A stretch of 64,000 nucleotides of DNA from the NCBI RefSeq assembly GCF_006345805.1, contig NW_021836151.1, forward strand, positions 124,001 to 188,000, written 5' to 3'. This stretch comes from Octopus sinensis. Lineage: Eukaryota. The notes beneath the pieces are model-generated. The model did no database searches, had not been told where the DNA came from, and worked only from the letters and a program-made list of their open reading frames with translations. This document shows positions 13,301-24,586 of the stretch, piece by piece. Made by a program: the position numbers and the translations under genes. Position 1 is the stretch's first letter. Each line of letters opens with the position of its first letter.

Positions 13301-13544
13301 CGGTATCTGTTCACTCCATCGCCGTCGAGACTTCCGGCGTCATCGGCGAAAAGTCTCTTTCCTTTCTAAAAAAGCTTGGCCGCATGATCTCCCATAACGG
13401 GGAGACCCACGCGAGTCCAAGTGGCTTTTCGAAAGGATTTCCTTGGCCATAGTACGTGAACTGTGTTTCCATTTACGATGCCGGGAATTTAGTTAGTTAA
13501 TAACTATTGTTATTACATATAAAAAAAAAAAAAAAAAAAAAAAA
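10374..13544 (+). mobile_element. Apparently full-length CRE-clade non-LTR retrotransposon with N-terminal PHD finger
   Basis: Pyrimidine-rich 5' UTR; ATG at 10577 followed by C4-H-C3 (CSSC..CSGC..FH..C..WNCPVC); RT GVQQGDPLGP and WYLDD; CRCG..H and KRPDG; A-run at 13521-13544; TSD AAGATAG (10367-10373, 13543-13549). Many 1-bp frameshifts. Confidence 0.92.
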
Positions 13545-13639
13545 GATAGTTTGAAGTTATCGATAAATTGACAGATTAACATTAATTGAAGGTCAGTGTA
13601 GCGCATCCCATACGTATCATTTGGCCCATGTCACATATT

Positions 13640-14925
13640 ACTAATACCATTCAAAACAAGGAAAACAAAGGCGACAGTCTGGAAATTTAAAACAAATAAT
13701 ACTAGTCACAACTCCAAAGAAAACTCTATGTATATCAAAGTCCGGAGATCGATATATTTTTTTACAGTCAGAGTGGGTTAAAACCTAGAAGATTTACGAC
13801 ATATTGTGTTTGGAGCTATTTGTGAATAATTGCATTATGTCAGAAGTACAAACGATCCTTCATATCCTGGGAGTCGACATGAGTAAGGCTTTCGACATCA
13901 TCAACAGAGTAAATTACTTATCGTGTTGAAAACCATTATCGATGAAGACAGTCTGCTGAAACTGAACTACTCGTCAAAGTTCGTTCTGAGAAGTCTATAC
14001 CATTTTTACCAATGCTGGAATCTCCACAAGAAGATACGCTACTACCTGTATTATTCATCGTATATTCGGAGACAGTTTGAAAGATCTAAGAAAACAATTT
14101 GGAAGTCTGGACGATCACTTAATGGAACTCATTTACGCGGATGATGTCGAAATTGTCGCTGAAATGGGGAATTTATAGACTTTATTGCGGAGAAAATAAA
14201 AACAATTTTAAGCAAATGGGCCTTTCAAGTCAATAAAGATAAAACAGAATAACAACTATTGAACAACCGTGTGCGAAGTGGAGGAACACCAGAAAACTCG
14301 GATTTTACTTGGTGACTCAAAGACATTAAACGACGGAAGATCTTAACCACAATAGCAATAAAAAATACCAATCGATTTTATTGAGAAAAAAGGCAAATTT
14401 ATGCAAAGATGTGGCTGTGCTTATACAAGGAATTTGTCCGACCTGTCTCATCTACAACGCAGGGATTTGGGGGAACGTCAAAGAAAGACATGGAACAATT
14501 TGACTCTTTTCACAGAGATTAACTAAAAAAACTATTTTTTGGTTATTCTAGGCAAAAGAAAATTTCGAGCAAAAAATTACAGGCTGACTGAATGTGTCCA
14601 ATAAGTTGAATGTTATTGAAGCTCGTTGACGCCTCTTTGGTCATATTTTACGGTAATAAAGAAAAACCTTGCAATTTCACCATAGAAGAATTTTTATGCC
14701 ATAATGAATATCCACTTACTTATGAGGATGTCCAAGAGGATGTCTTCCAAAGACACTTACTGAGTATTATGCTGTCATCGGGGGGCGATTGAAAAACGTT
14801 GGACAAAATCAGAAGACGATCAAATCAACGAAACGGATGAAAAGACTGATGACGAGGATAATAAAAACATGGCACAAGCGAAACCATAAAAACTGTTTAT
14901 TGGAACGCAAACGTGCATTAACTAA
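13640..14925 (+). mobile_element. Degenerate RTE-like LINE (RT half)
   Basis: LHILGVDMSKAFDIINR, ELIYADDV and LIYNAGIWG-like motifs, homologous to the RT at 19560-21046. Confidence 0.75.
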
Positions 14926-14974
14926 AGAGTCTACAAAATTTTAAAAAGTCGATAAAGTCAATATAATTTATTCT

Positions 14975-15890
14975 ATTCACAATTTCATGTATCGATCATC
15001 AAGTTTTTAATTTGCAGGAGTATTTCTGGGCTTTCGTTTTCGAACTCTGACAATCTCAAATTCCTTTTCTAAAAGGTGTATTGAGAAGTTGACAAGTCAA
15101 AATATTGACAGTCAGACCAGTTCGAAAACATAGCTCGATACCTATATAAAGGCTCGAGTCCTCCTTGTTTTTTTGAGGTATCTCAAAATTCTCTCCACCT
15201 TTTCTGCCTTTTCTTCGAACTGTATTTTCGTCTGATCCTCGACAGCTTTGAAGACTAAAATAAACAATCCATAGACTTTGTTATTCCTCCTTCTATATTC
15301 CAAATAATGTTTCCCACGCTTTATTAGTAGTTGGTCATTTTTTCTGGAGTTTAAATGTTTTAGACTTTACCGAAATAGTGTCTGGGGATAAATAAGGGTT
15401 TTTGATGGGGTTTTGACTACAAGGTCCATGTCAGACCTTCCGACAATCCCTGTCCATATGTCACTGCCCCTTTACTATTATAGATCGAATGAGAGGAATT
15501 ATTTTTGCACGGAAGATAGTAGTTATTCTGTCTGGCTTGCGTCTGGAATTTCAATCTATATTTTTCTAATCTATATATTTCGAAAGTCTACTTATCAATT
15601 TTACATTTTCATTGTTGATGTCTGATTTCTTAACGATAAATTATGTTCGAATTGTTATTTCGCATAAAGTAGATACTTTGATTTGAGGAAATCGATAATA
15701 ATGTTAAAATCTTGACGGGTCGAAGAGGGTAAGTCTAGTTCTCTTAACCGATTTGGGCGCGGTTCTCTCAACCGATTTTGAACATTAAGTGCCCTCTGAA
15801 TTATCATCAGCGGTTCTGAAGTGTCACTCGCTAGAATTGAAACTCCTACGTCCTCAAAAACAATTTGATTGGGGCGAAATTCGTCTCCAA
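14975..15890 (-). pseudogene. Unidentified multi-exon gene or gene fragment
   Basis: Coding-like stretches (GDEFRPNQIVFEDVGV..., FKAVEDQTKIQFEEKAEKVERILRYLKKQGGLEPLY) separated by short GT..AG segments. No family recognised; 5' end abuts a CRE fragment. Confidence 0.3.
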
Positions 15891-15914
15891 TCCTGTATTA
15901 AGTAGTTCCCTACA

Positions 15915-16370
15915 TTCCTTGATCAACATCTGTTTCGAGACGGCCTGTCGTTTTCCACTTCGCCTATGTTAGCCGCATTTTGCTGACGCTGCTCTAAATG
16001 ACCTTATCAGAATGTTATTGAAAGTCGCCGGAATGCCCTCATATTTGAACTCACAGGGATCGATCGGGGCGATGGAGAGAGACCGGACAAGATCACTGTA
16101 TTTCCATTCAAAAATAAAAAAGCCATTCAAGAACCTGCCGATGTGCGCATCCGCCCATGGATCGATTGCTACTACAACTGAATGCAAAAAGATGGCGGAA
16201 ATACTCTTCGCTTGTGGAGAGTAATTTCTTCTATTCTCAGTTGAGACTTTCGGTTTCTTGGAAGAAAGGCATCAGCTTTGTTCAGGGTATCGAATGTCTA
16301 CATTCTTGAGCGGATATTCTTTGCGATAGTAAGCTCTAACTATCTAGCCTTTGGCCTGGCGAACTAAGCA
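15915..16370 (+). mobile_element. CRE-clade LINE 3' fragment
   Basis: ALNDLIRMLLKVAGMP and RPD motifs; downstream part resembles 44000-44275. Confidence 0.65.
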
Positions 16371-16499
16371 CACACGTATAATATTCTTACATCTCAATTA
16401 CCATCAATTGAGAGACAAAATTCGTAATAGGAAATGAATATATACGTTTTTAAGACACAGGAAATTCTGTCTTTTTAAATTATCATTATTAGCACTACA

Positions 16500-16800
16500 T
16501 TGTACACGCTCACTTCCCGCGTACAGAAGCAAGATTATGGAGTCTGCCCTGGTTGCTATTTTGGTGGTGATTTTACGGAATATGTTCCCGACAGCAACCA
16601 GACAAACTTCTTCGTTCATTTACTTTAGTCCCGTTGAATATCAGGGTAAGATCGCATATCTCGCCGGATAGGATTGTGTCAGAAATTTCAAAGATCTTTT
16701 AACCACGTTAGTCAGACTTTTCCCGAATATCAGGACTGGAAACAATCTCACGTTTTTTGTTAGCTCGAAACAGTAGTAGTCGAAGTAGCACTCACATGTG
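16500..16800 (-). mobile_element. CRE-clade RT fragment
   Basis: VAVGNIFRKI corresponds to IAVGNVFRRL at ~11610. Confidence 0.55.
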
Positions 16801-17532
16801 TGTCACATGGGCACGCGATACCTATAGGCAGCCGTTACGTTGACCTTGAATTAAGATTAACTTCAATTTTTTTTTAGTTATTCAATGGCTGATTTATTAA
16901 TAAGCATAAATTAACAGGTATTTAATTAGCAGCAGGGATAAGATGGAATGGCAATTCCCACGCAAGAGGCTATTGATTAACTTCAATTAATTTCATTTAT
17001 TAATAAAACCACAAAGAGTAAAATTTTGGTAACTATATTTTTTTAGTCTGGTCATTAGTACTGTCGATATTTCTCCTTTCGAATTTTTATCTATTAAATA
17101 AAATATTTAAAACTACCTCAACGCGATTATTCGATAAAATATTAATTATTTCTGCAGCGGAAGAATCCGGAGACTCAAACTTATCCAGTCGCAATGAAGG
17201 ATTTGTTCCAAAGTCCTTTTTAACCCGTACCTATTTATTAATGTTTTAATTCTTACTTTATCTCCCACGCTAAAAATATACTTACTATTATGAACATTCA
17301 TTCTCCTGTTCATAGCTTTGTAATAAATCGAATTTTCATCAATTGGTTAATTTCGAAATTGAATCACTTTGCAGTTGGCAACAAATTGTCTGACTGGAAA
17401 TAATCTAAATATATATTTTAAATCAAATTACGAGAATTTTCAATAGATTCTGGAGTCGAACAATTAACCAAATCATCCATTTTCCAAAGTCACACACTCA
17501 TCACTTAAATTATCTAAGACATAAGATATGTA

Positions 17533-19018
17533 CACCCCTCGACATAAATATTGGTGAATCTTCAACTTACTTCATTCATACAAAGAATGATTTAATTTTT
17601 TCTTCAGATATATTTTTAAAATCTGATAAAATTGATAAAAATTATTTAATTATTTAAATTTTGAAATTTTGTCTTAGAAATTTGGAAAAAACAACGACTT
17701 TCATTGGCATAAAATTTGGTTATTGTGAGATTAATATGTACTTTTGCCGAATAGATCTCCCAACACCTTTTTTTCATTGACTCAACTAATTTTTCAAGTG
17801 TTTTTGATGGAATAGAATTCCAAATATCTAATAGATTTTCCTTCAGTGCCTGAATGTTCTCATTTTTTTTTGCCTAATTTGAACCTTCAAATAAGCCACA
17901 AATGCTCTATCGGATTTAAATCCGGAGATTGCGAAGGCCATTCTAATTTTTTAATATTTTTTTCGCGAAAATATCGAATAATCATTTTTGATGTATGGCA
18001 GGGAGCGTTGTTGTTGAAAAATATAGTCAACAATCCCCATTTTTTGTACAGAATATGGCAAACTATTGGTCAAATAGATTGATGTTTTGCAGAATTAAGC
18101 GTTTTGTCTATAAATACCAAATCGCCTACCCCATGATAGGGAAAAACAACCCACACCATGACTTTCCCTAATTTTTTATACATCATAATTTACCTTTTCC
18201 AAATTGGACAGTTGGAGTAATATTTTCGAATTTATTCATTTCAAATTTTTTTCTATACACAATTTTTCTTTTTTGGATCGGTAATAATTCAAAAATACAT
18301 TTATCAGAAAAGATTATTGATCTAAAATCATGGTCTGAAATTTGAAGAAATTTTTGGACGATCTCGAATCTGGAAAACCATGTGTTTTTTTTTTAGAAGT
18401 GGTTTTTTCTATGCAATTCTTGCGAAAATTCCATTTTTATTTAAATTTCGTATTATGGTTCGAGACGAGACACGTGTTCCAGAAAACTTTTCTATTTCAT
18501 TAGAGAGTTCAGAAGCAGTTAAAGATGAATTTTCCTCTGATGTACGCAAATGATTAATTTGCACATTATTCAAAATTGATAGTCTTCCAGAACCATGTTG
18601 GCGGTCATATGATCCAGTTTTATTGTATTTCTTGATAAAATTTACGACTGTTGAATATGGAACACCGGTTTCTTAGAAATTTTAATATATGACATATTTA
18701 AGTCGTATAGCGCAATTATTTTCCCTTTCATAAACGAATCGAGAGTATTATATCTAAAAATATTTTTTTATTAAGATCAATCTCTAAATACTAGCATAAT
18801 TTGACGGTTTAAATTTTATAACCAATTTTTATGTCACTAACCTAATTGCCGACATGCTTTAAATTTTTTGCAATATTAAAATTTAAATCTATTTTAATTA
18901 TAAATACAAAATAAATATTATTTTAGAAGATCTAAAGGATCTTAAAGTATGAATTTATTCGTTTTTAAATGAAAAAAACCAGGAAAGATTAAATAACCAA
19001 ATATTTTGTCGAGGGGTG
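17533..19018 (-). mobile_element. Tc1-like transposon, degenerate
   Basis: TIR CACCCCTCGACA.AAATATT.GGT with TA TSDs; motifs GSGRLSIL, IIFSDKC, PSQSPDLNPIEHLW. Confidence 0.9.
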
Positions 19019-19507
19019 TATAACCATGGATTATTGAATTTATTCCCTTTATTCCTCGATATCTTTCGAAAGGACTTTCGTTAGAAAATGAATGGACAGA
19101 TATGTAATAACTGTACACAGCATTTTCTAATTTATCAACCCACTTTTTTTCACTGTGGACAAATTCCTGGTTATCGTTTGATTGAATCTTTCGACAATTC
19201 CTTGAGCCCGAGGATTATTGGGCCTTCCGTGGATTTGTTTGATGTTAAAATCAACGCATAGTTGTGTTATTTCTTGATTTTTGAATTCAGACCCATTGTC
19301 TGATTGAAGAAATTTGCATGGTCCATTTAAAGCGAAACAAAGATCTCATGATTTGACACACTTCCTTACCAGACTTATTATAAAGTGGTCGTGCAAATGC
19401 AAATCTATAAAAAAAATTTAAGAAACCAACCTACTATAAATGTCAATGACCGTTAAAATCCATTTGAAATTTTCGTTTAGTGTTGAAAATCTTTTCAGAT
19501 CTATTAT

Positions 19508-22500
19508 TATTATTATTATTAGCACTTCCCATAGGAACATAAACAAGGAAAGGAAAGAGTTATATCCCCACACGTGCCACACACGATACAATCTTCTTAA
19601 CCATCGTTTGCCATCCTCTCCGGTTTTGTGCAAGCCATCGCAGTTCGTCCAAGTCCTCGCATTGTTTCAAGGTTTTGCCCACGTGTTTCAGATCGTATTC
19701 CAACGCAACCGGCAGTGTTGTGCGGGAACGTCCGCGAAACTTTGGGCTATCCGAGAGAAAGTACTCTTCCATGGCTTGGTAAGCAGGTGAGGACGGGTCC
19801 ATTCTCAGGACGTGTCCGAAGAGCCTCCAGCGGCCATCTATGATGTCCTGGCTGACTGGCACCGAGTTACTGAGTTTGTAGAGCGATGAGTTGTTAATTT
19901 CTTAGGCCAATGCAGGCCATTTAGGACGCGAAGCTGTTTTCTGTGAAACGAGTCAAGATTCTTTAGTTCGGTGTCAGAGATGCCCCATGTAGATGAGTTG
20001 TACAGTAGTACCGGTTTGACAAAAGCGTTGTAGATTCTAGAGCGTAGTGATGGGTTCCCGGGACAATATCGTAGCCAATCTTTCATGACAGATTTTAGAG
20101 CAACAGCGGCCAGTAGCTTTCTCCGCATGATGTCTTCTCGGTCTCCAAGCAGAGAGCCAAGCTTCTTCGAAAGTCTCCATTTTTCCATAGTTTGGGTATC
20201 CGAGCGTGATACATCGACCACGTCAGTCTTGTCCGTGTTCATGATTAAGAACCATTCTCCAAGTTTATCCGGTGCAATCTCCAATAGTCTGAGTAGGGCG
20301 GATTTGTCAGTGGACACAAAGTCGACGTCGTCAGCGTAAATCACTTCAGTTATTGACTTGTCATATAGACCTCTCAGCTCTCGTAAAGCAGCCTCAAGGT
20401 AGATCACAAATAACAGAGGCGAGAGAGAGTCTCCTTGGGGGGTTCCCACATTTGTTGGGAAGGATCTGGACGACGTTGTCCCAAGGCGAACAGTGAGGTC
20501 CGTTTTTGCCAATAAGACCTGTATCATTCTGATAGCATCTTCATCTAAGAAACTCCGTAGAACCCTCATGAGGAGATCGCGATGGATGGAATCAAAAGCT
20601 CTTGACATATCGATACCCAGGATTCTCGTGGCACTTTTGTATCTTTGGTGGGTTGCACACCGCCATCGGTGGCCCAAAGAACATCTGCGGTTGAACGTCC
20701 TTCTCTGAATCCGCTGTGACTCGGTGACAGAAAGTCATTGACTTTGTCTCCAATACGATCCAGCACGATCAGCGAGAGAACCTTCCTCAGGGAGTTTAGC
20801 AAAATGACTGGGCGGAGATTTTCTACTGGACCAAGAGATTTGTTCGGCTTTTGAATAGGGATGAGAACTCCAGAGCCCAGCGGGAGTGAGTCATTTGTAG
20901 CAAACATATCGTTGAGGATGTTCGTGATGTTGCATAGAAGAGATTCGGGCCCGTATTTCAGCAGCTCCGCATTAATGTTGTCCGGTCCCGCAGCTCGGTT
21001 ATTCTTGAGCCTGCTAACAGCCTTTGTAACTTCCTTTGTAACTTCTTTTGGTTGAGGTGGCGACGTACCTCTCTTGCACAATGTCTAAAACACACACAGT
21101 ACAACCGGACAGGCTATCAATTCTATCCTTTAACGTTCGTGGACTCTGCCAGACCTGGAAACAACAAGCACTCTGTAATGACATGGATAAATATCGTGCG
21201 GACATCGGCTGTCTACAAGAGACCAAACAAAAATCTGGAATGGACCCAACCTATGGAAATTACCGAATGATCTTGCTACCCTCCGACTGCAGACACTATG
21301 GACAAGGTTTTGTGATTCACAAGAAGCTCGGTGTCAAACGCTGGTGGAGAATTACAGATAGGATTTCAGCAATCCAAGTACAGTGCGACCTCGAATTGGG
21401 GAAATTTTTCCCCAATTTTGAGGTTTTCCCCCAAAAAAAGGTTTTTCATTAAATTTAGGTCTCGCCTGTTCGATATCTCTCTTAATAATATAACCGAGAC
21501 GGATAACTAATTTTTATTTTTAATAAAAAAATCAGTTAATTTTAATCGTGTGTTTTGTTTTTTTCGCATCGAACTCATAATATTTGCTTTGAATCTGAAT
21601 AGATCCAGTACATTTTCCGGAGTCTCTTGCTTAATAACATTTAGCAGCATTGTGAATGCGCATTCCGCATTGTTTATAACTTGTTGATCATCCAATTGTT
21701 CCATAAATTGTTCGCTGCATCGTGATTCGCCATGTAATATTCTGAATTTTATTTCGAATTGTTTCTTAAATCTGTAAAGCCATCCATTAGAAGCAGTGAA
21801 ATCATGATTTGAATTTCTATACGCAATTTTACGTGCAATAAGCTTTAAGGTTGGCCCATTAATTGGGAAACCTTTCGACCTGAGATTACGAAAAATCTCG
21901 TAAACTTGGGCATTCAATTCGTATCCAATTGTCCCTTCGGATGTTGAGAAACCTTGAGCTAAGATTCCTTCCCTTTTCTTTTTAGTCGGTATAGCATTCC
22001 TTTAGAGATGTTAAATCCTTCACAAATCATTTTGTCCTTATGACCCGACTGTATATCCTTGCAAATTCTGATCTTTTCACTTTGATTTAGTTTTCTAGGC
22101 ATTGGCTTTCTAAAATTTATAAAATAACTTTAAAATTGATAATTTCAATTTTTTACCAGGTTAATTAGCTAACTAACTAAGTTACCAGGTTAAATAAATT
22201 TTAAAATTATTGATTACAAATTTGGAAAAACAGGTTACAATAAATAAATAATAATAAATCAAAAATTATACAAATATATTAATGAATCGTTTATGATAAT
22301 ATAAAATTTTTCCCCGGTAGGAGGTTTATTTCATTAAAAATCATCGTATTTTATAGGGATGGCAAAAATATTTCCCCAAAAGCAAGGTTTTCCCCAAAAA
22401 AGAGGGTTTCCCCGCTACTTGGTTTTCCCCAATTCGAGGTCGCACTGTACAAATCGGCGGTAAAGGCAGGCCCAATGCAGTCGCAATGGTCATTAACGTA

Positions 22501-23610
22501 TACGCCCCGCATAGTGGCAGAATCGTCAACGCTCCTGAAGAAATCGATGAATTCTATGAGGTACTGACCCGGACATACCTATCCTTACAATCGTCCACCT
22601 TCCTGCTCGTCGTCGGCGACTGGAACGCCAAGGCTGGCATCCGTCGAGGCACTGAAACTTTTATTGGACGGCACGGAAGAGGATATAGAAACCTCCCAGG
22701 AGCCCTATTGGCTAATTTCTGTAAAACACTCGGGTTATTCCTATGCAACACGGCCTTTGATCACCCTGCTCGGCACAAGTCTACCTGGACTGGCAGGAGA
22801 CGTGGTGAAGACAGGAACTATGTGCCGGTCTACAACCAAATTGACTACATTGTGTGTCGCCAAAAAGACACATGGCTTCTACAAGACTCTCGTTCTTATG
22901 GGGGCTCGGTCGTTGACAGTGACCACAAGATAGTCATCGGCAGATTCAATCTGAAGAAATTATATGTGCTGGACAAAACAAATCGTCAATTCCCTCATAA
23001 ATCGGACAGATACCTGACAGAAAAACTGGCTTCCTCACTATCGACTCGAAACCTCTATAAATCATCCATCGATGAATCCCTTAAAAACATGGAATCTGGA
23101 CTTATGCCTTCAGCCGCTTGGAAGGTAATGTCAGCCAACATTCACTCGGCGGCAAATAAATATGTTGGAAAGCAGCCAAAAAATACGCACTCTATCGGGC
23201 TGTGTCACCCGGATGCTCTTGCCTTGTCAGTTGTGCAAAAGGAGCTTAAGCTGAGGACTGAGAACACCAAAGATATGGATACCAAACTCGCACTGAAAGG
23301 CCGGCGTGCTGCCATCCAAAAACAAATAAAGACCCTAAACCTCCAATATGGCCGGGATATCCTGGCTTCCCGTCTTGGAGAACTGGAAACCCTAAAAGAT
23401 AATGCACGCACGTTTATGGCTTTACGGTTGCTTAAGAGGAAGAAAAACCGCCCCAAACTTCGACTCCAAACCAGTAATGGGGTTCAAATATCTGACCCGG
23501 GAGAACAGGTGGGAGTCATTGCGGACTATTTTGAACAACGATTTAACGCTAACACCGAACAAATCTCGCCTTTCTCTGGCCCAGCACGACGACTGAAGAA
23601 TACAATCTCC
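19508..23610 (-). mobile_element. RTE-like LINE with inverted 5' half (APE endonuclease on +, RT on -)
   Basis: (TAA)n tail at ~19508-19520. RT on minus strand to ~21046 (GTPQGDSLSP, YADD). Endonuclease on plus strand from ATG 21081 to 23610 (SFNVRG, LQET, GDWNA, SDH). 17-bp TSD CTTTTCAGATCTATTAT at 19491-19507 and 23611-23627. Confidence 0.92.
21381..22447 (-). mobile_element. Tigger/pogo element, DDE domain deleted
   Basis: TIR CAGTGCGACCTCGAATTGGGGAAA, TA TSD; CENP-B HTH motif FTASNGWLYRFKK..LHGE; interrupts the RTE endonuclease. Confidence 0.9.
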
Positions 23611-24586
23611 CTTTTCAGATCTATTATGTCTATTTGAAAACGTTCCTTTGGACAAGAAGCAAGCACATGGTGATTTATATCTCCAATCTACAATTAAAAA
23701 AAATCTTGAACTTTTAAGGACGCAAAAATTTGCAAACTTCACAATTTCAAATGACTTTTCTGATAATGTCATTCTTGACAGTGAAATATCTTTGTCGACA
23801 TTCATATTCAATTTTATTTACTCCTCCGTGTGAAAACTCATGTAATGATTTCGCCACAAGCTCCATTTCGGTTTCATTATCGAGGGATATGACTAACTTG
23901 GGATCACTAGATTTAAGATAAAGTCTGTAAATTTATTGCAAATTTACAGTACCTGTCATTGATAATGATGAAATTTTCCATCTTCTTTATAAGTCTATAT
24001 TTTCGGTGCCTTGGAAGATTTTCGGGAAATTTATCATGTAAAGCATCTTTTAAAATTTGATATTCAACGCAATCTTTTACAAAACCCTTGTAAGAAGCCA
24101 TTGCAACAAAACAATCATTCATGCTAAATATCATCTAATAGGATAAATAACAATAAAAATCGAATATACAAAATTAAATGTGGGATAATGATCAAAAGAC
24201 ATTTTCGAGGTCAAAAAATGTAACAGGCTGCCCATGCGTAACGCCCATGTGACATATTGGAGCAGAAGAAATAAGTAATACAAAGATTGATATGCAGGGA
24301 AATGAAGAAGAGAGAACGAAATATACACCACAAAGGAATGTTCGTTTTGCTTTGATTGTGGTGGTTAACCATATTACAAAACAGTGATTAGCTCGTTTGT
24401 CGTTTTTTTGTTTTGTTGAATTAATTAAATTAATTAATAAAATAGTTTAATTCAGTAATTATTTTAATTTAGTAATTAACGGGATTTATTCTGTTAATAA
24501 ATATAGATTAAGTAAAGTGCGGGTAATATTATCTTTTATACTTGCTCTTGTTGGTCTTTTTTATTGATAAATTAATCAACAAATAA

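Larger units (their letters stand above)
3567..13635 (+). mobile_element. Ginger-like (retroviral-integrase) DNA transposon A, hosting four large nested insertions
   Basis: Inverted termini TGTGACATGGGC (3567) and GCCCATGTCACA (13635); 5-bp TSD TATTA on both sides. Integrase pieces at 3961-4049, 5198-5423 and 7928-8430 (HxxxH...CxxC, IDLIDLKDFQR..FKWILTVID). Confidence 0.85.
16801..24254 (-). mobile_element. Ginger-like DNA transposon B, hosting Tc1 and RTE insertions
   Basis: Inverted termini TGTCACATGGGC / GCCCATGTGACA. rve integrase QIDIIDLKRFS..KWILTVIDIYSRFAFARPL..LQSDNGSEF..NPRAQG.VERFNQT; N-terminus MASYKGFVKD homologous to element A. Flanks (ATGTG/TATTG) do not form a clean TSD. Confidence 0.85.

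Noticed and set aside
3567-13635. LTR retrotransposon (TG..CA ends, 5-bp TSD, integrase, RT inside)
   Set aside because: The ends are inverted rather than direct repeats, and the RTs are separate non-LTR insertions with their own tails and TSDs.
16796-16800. TSD for Ginger-like element B
   Set aside because: The flanks ATGTG and TATTG do not match, so the TSD is not claimed; an adjacent deletion or decay is possible.
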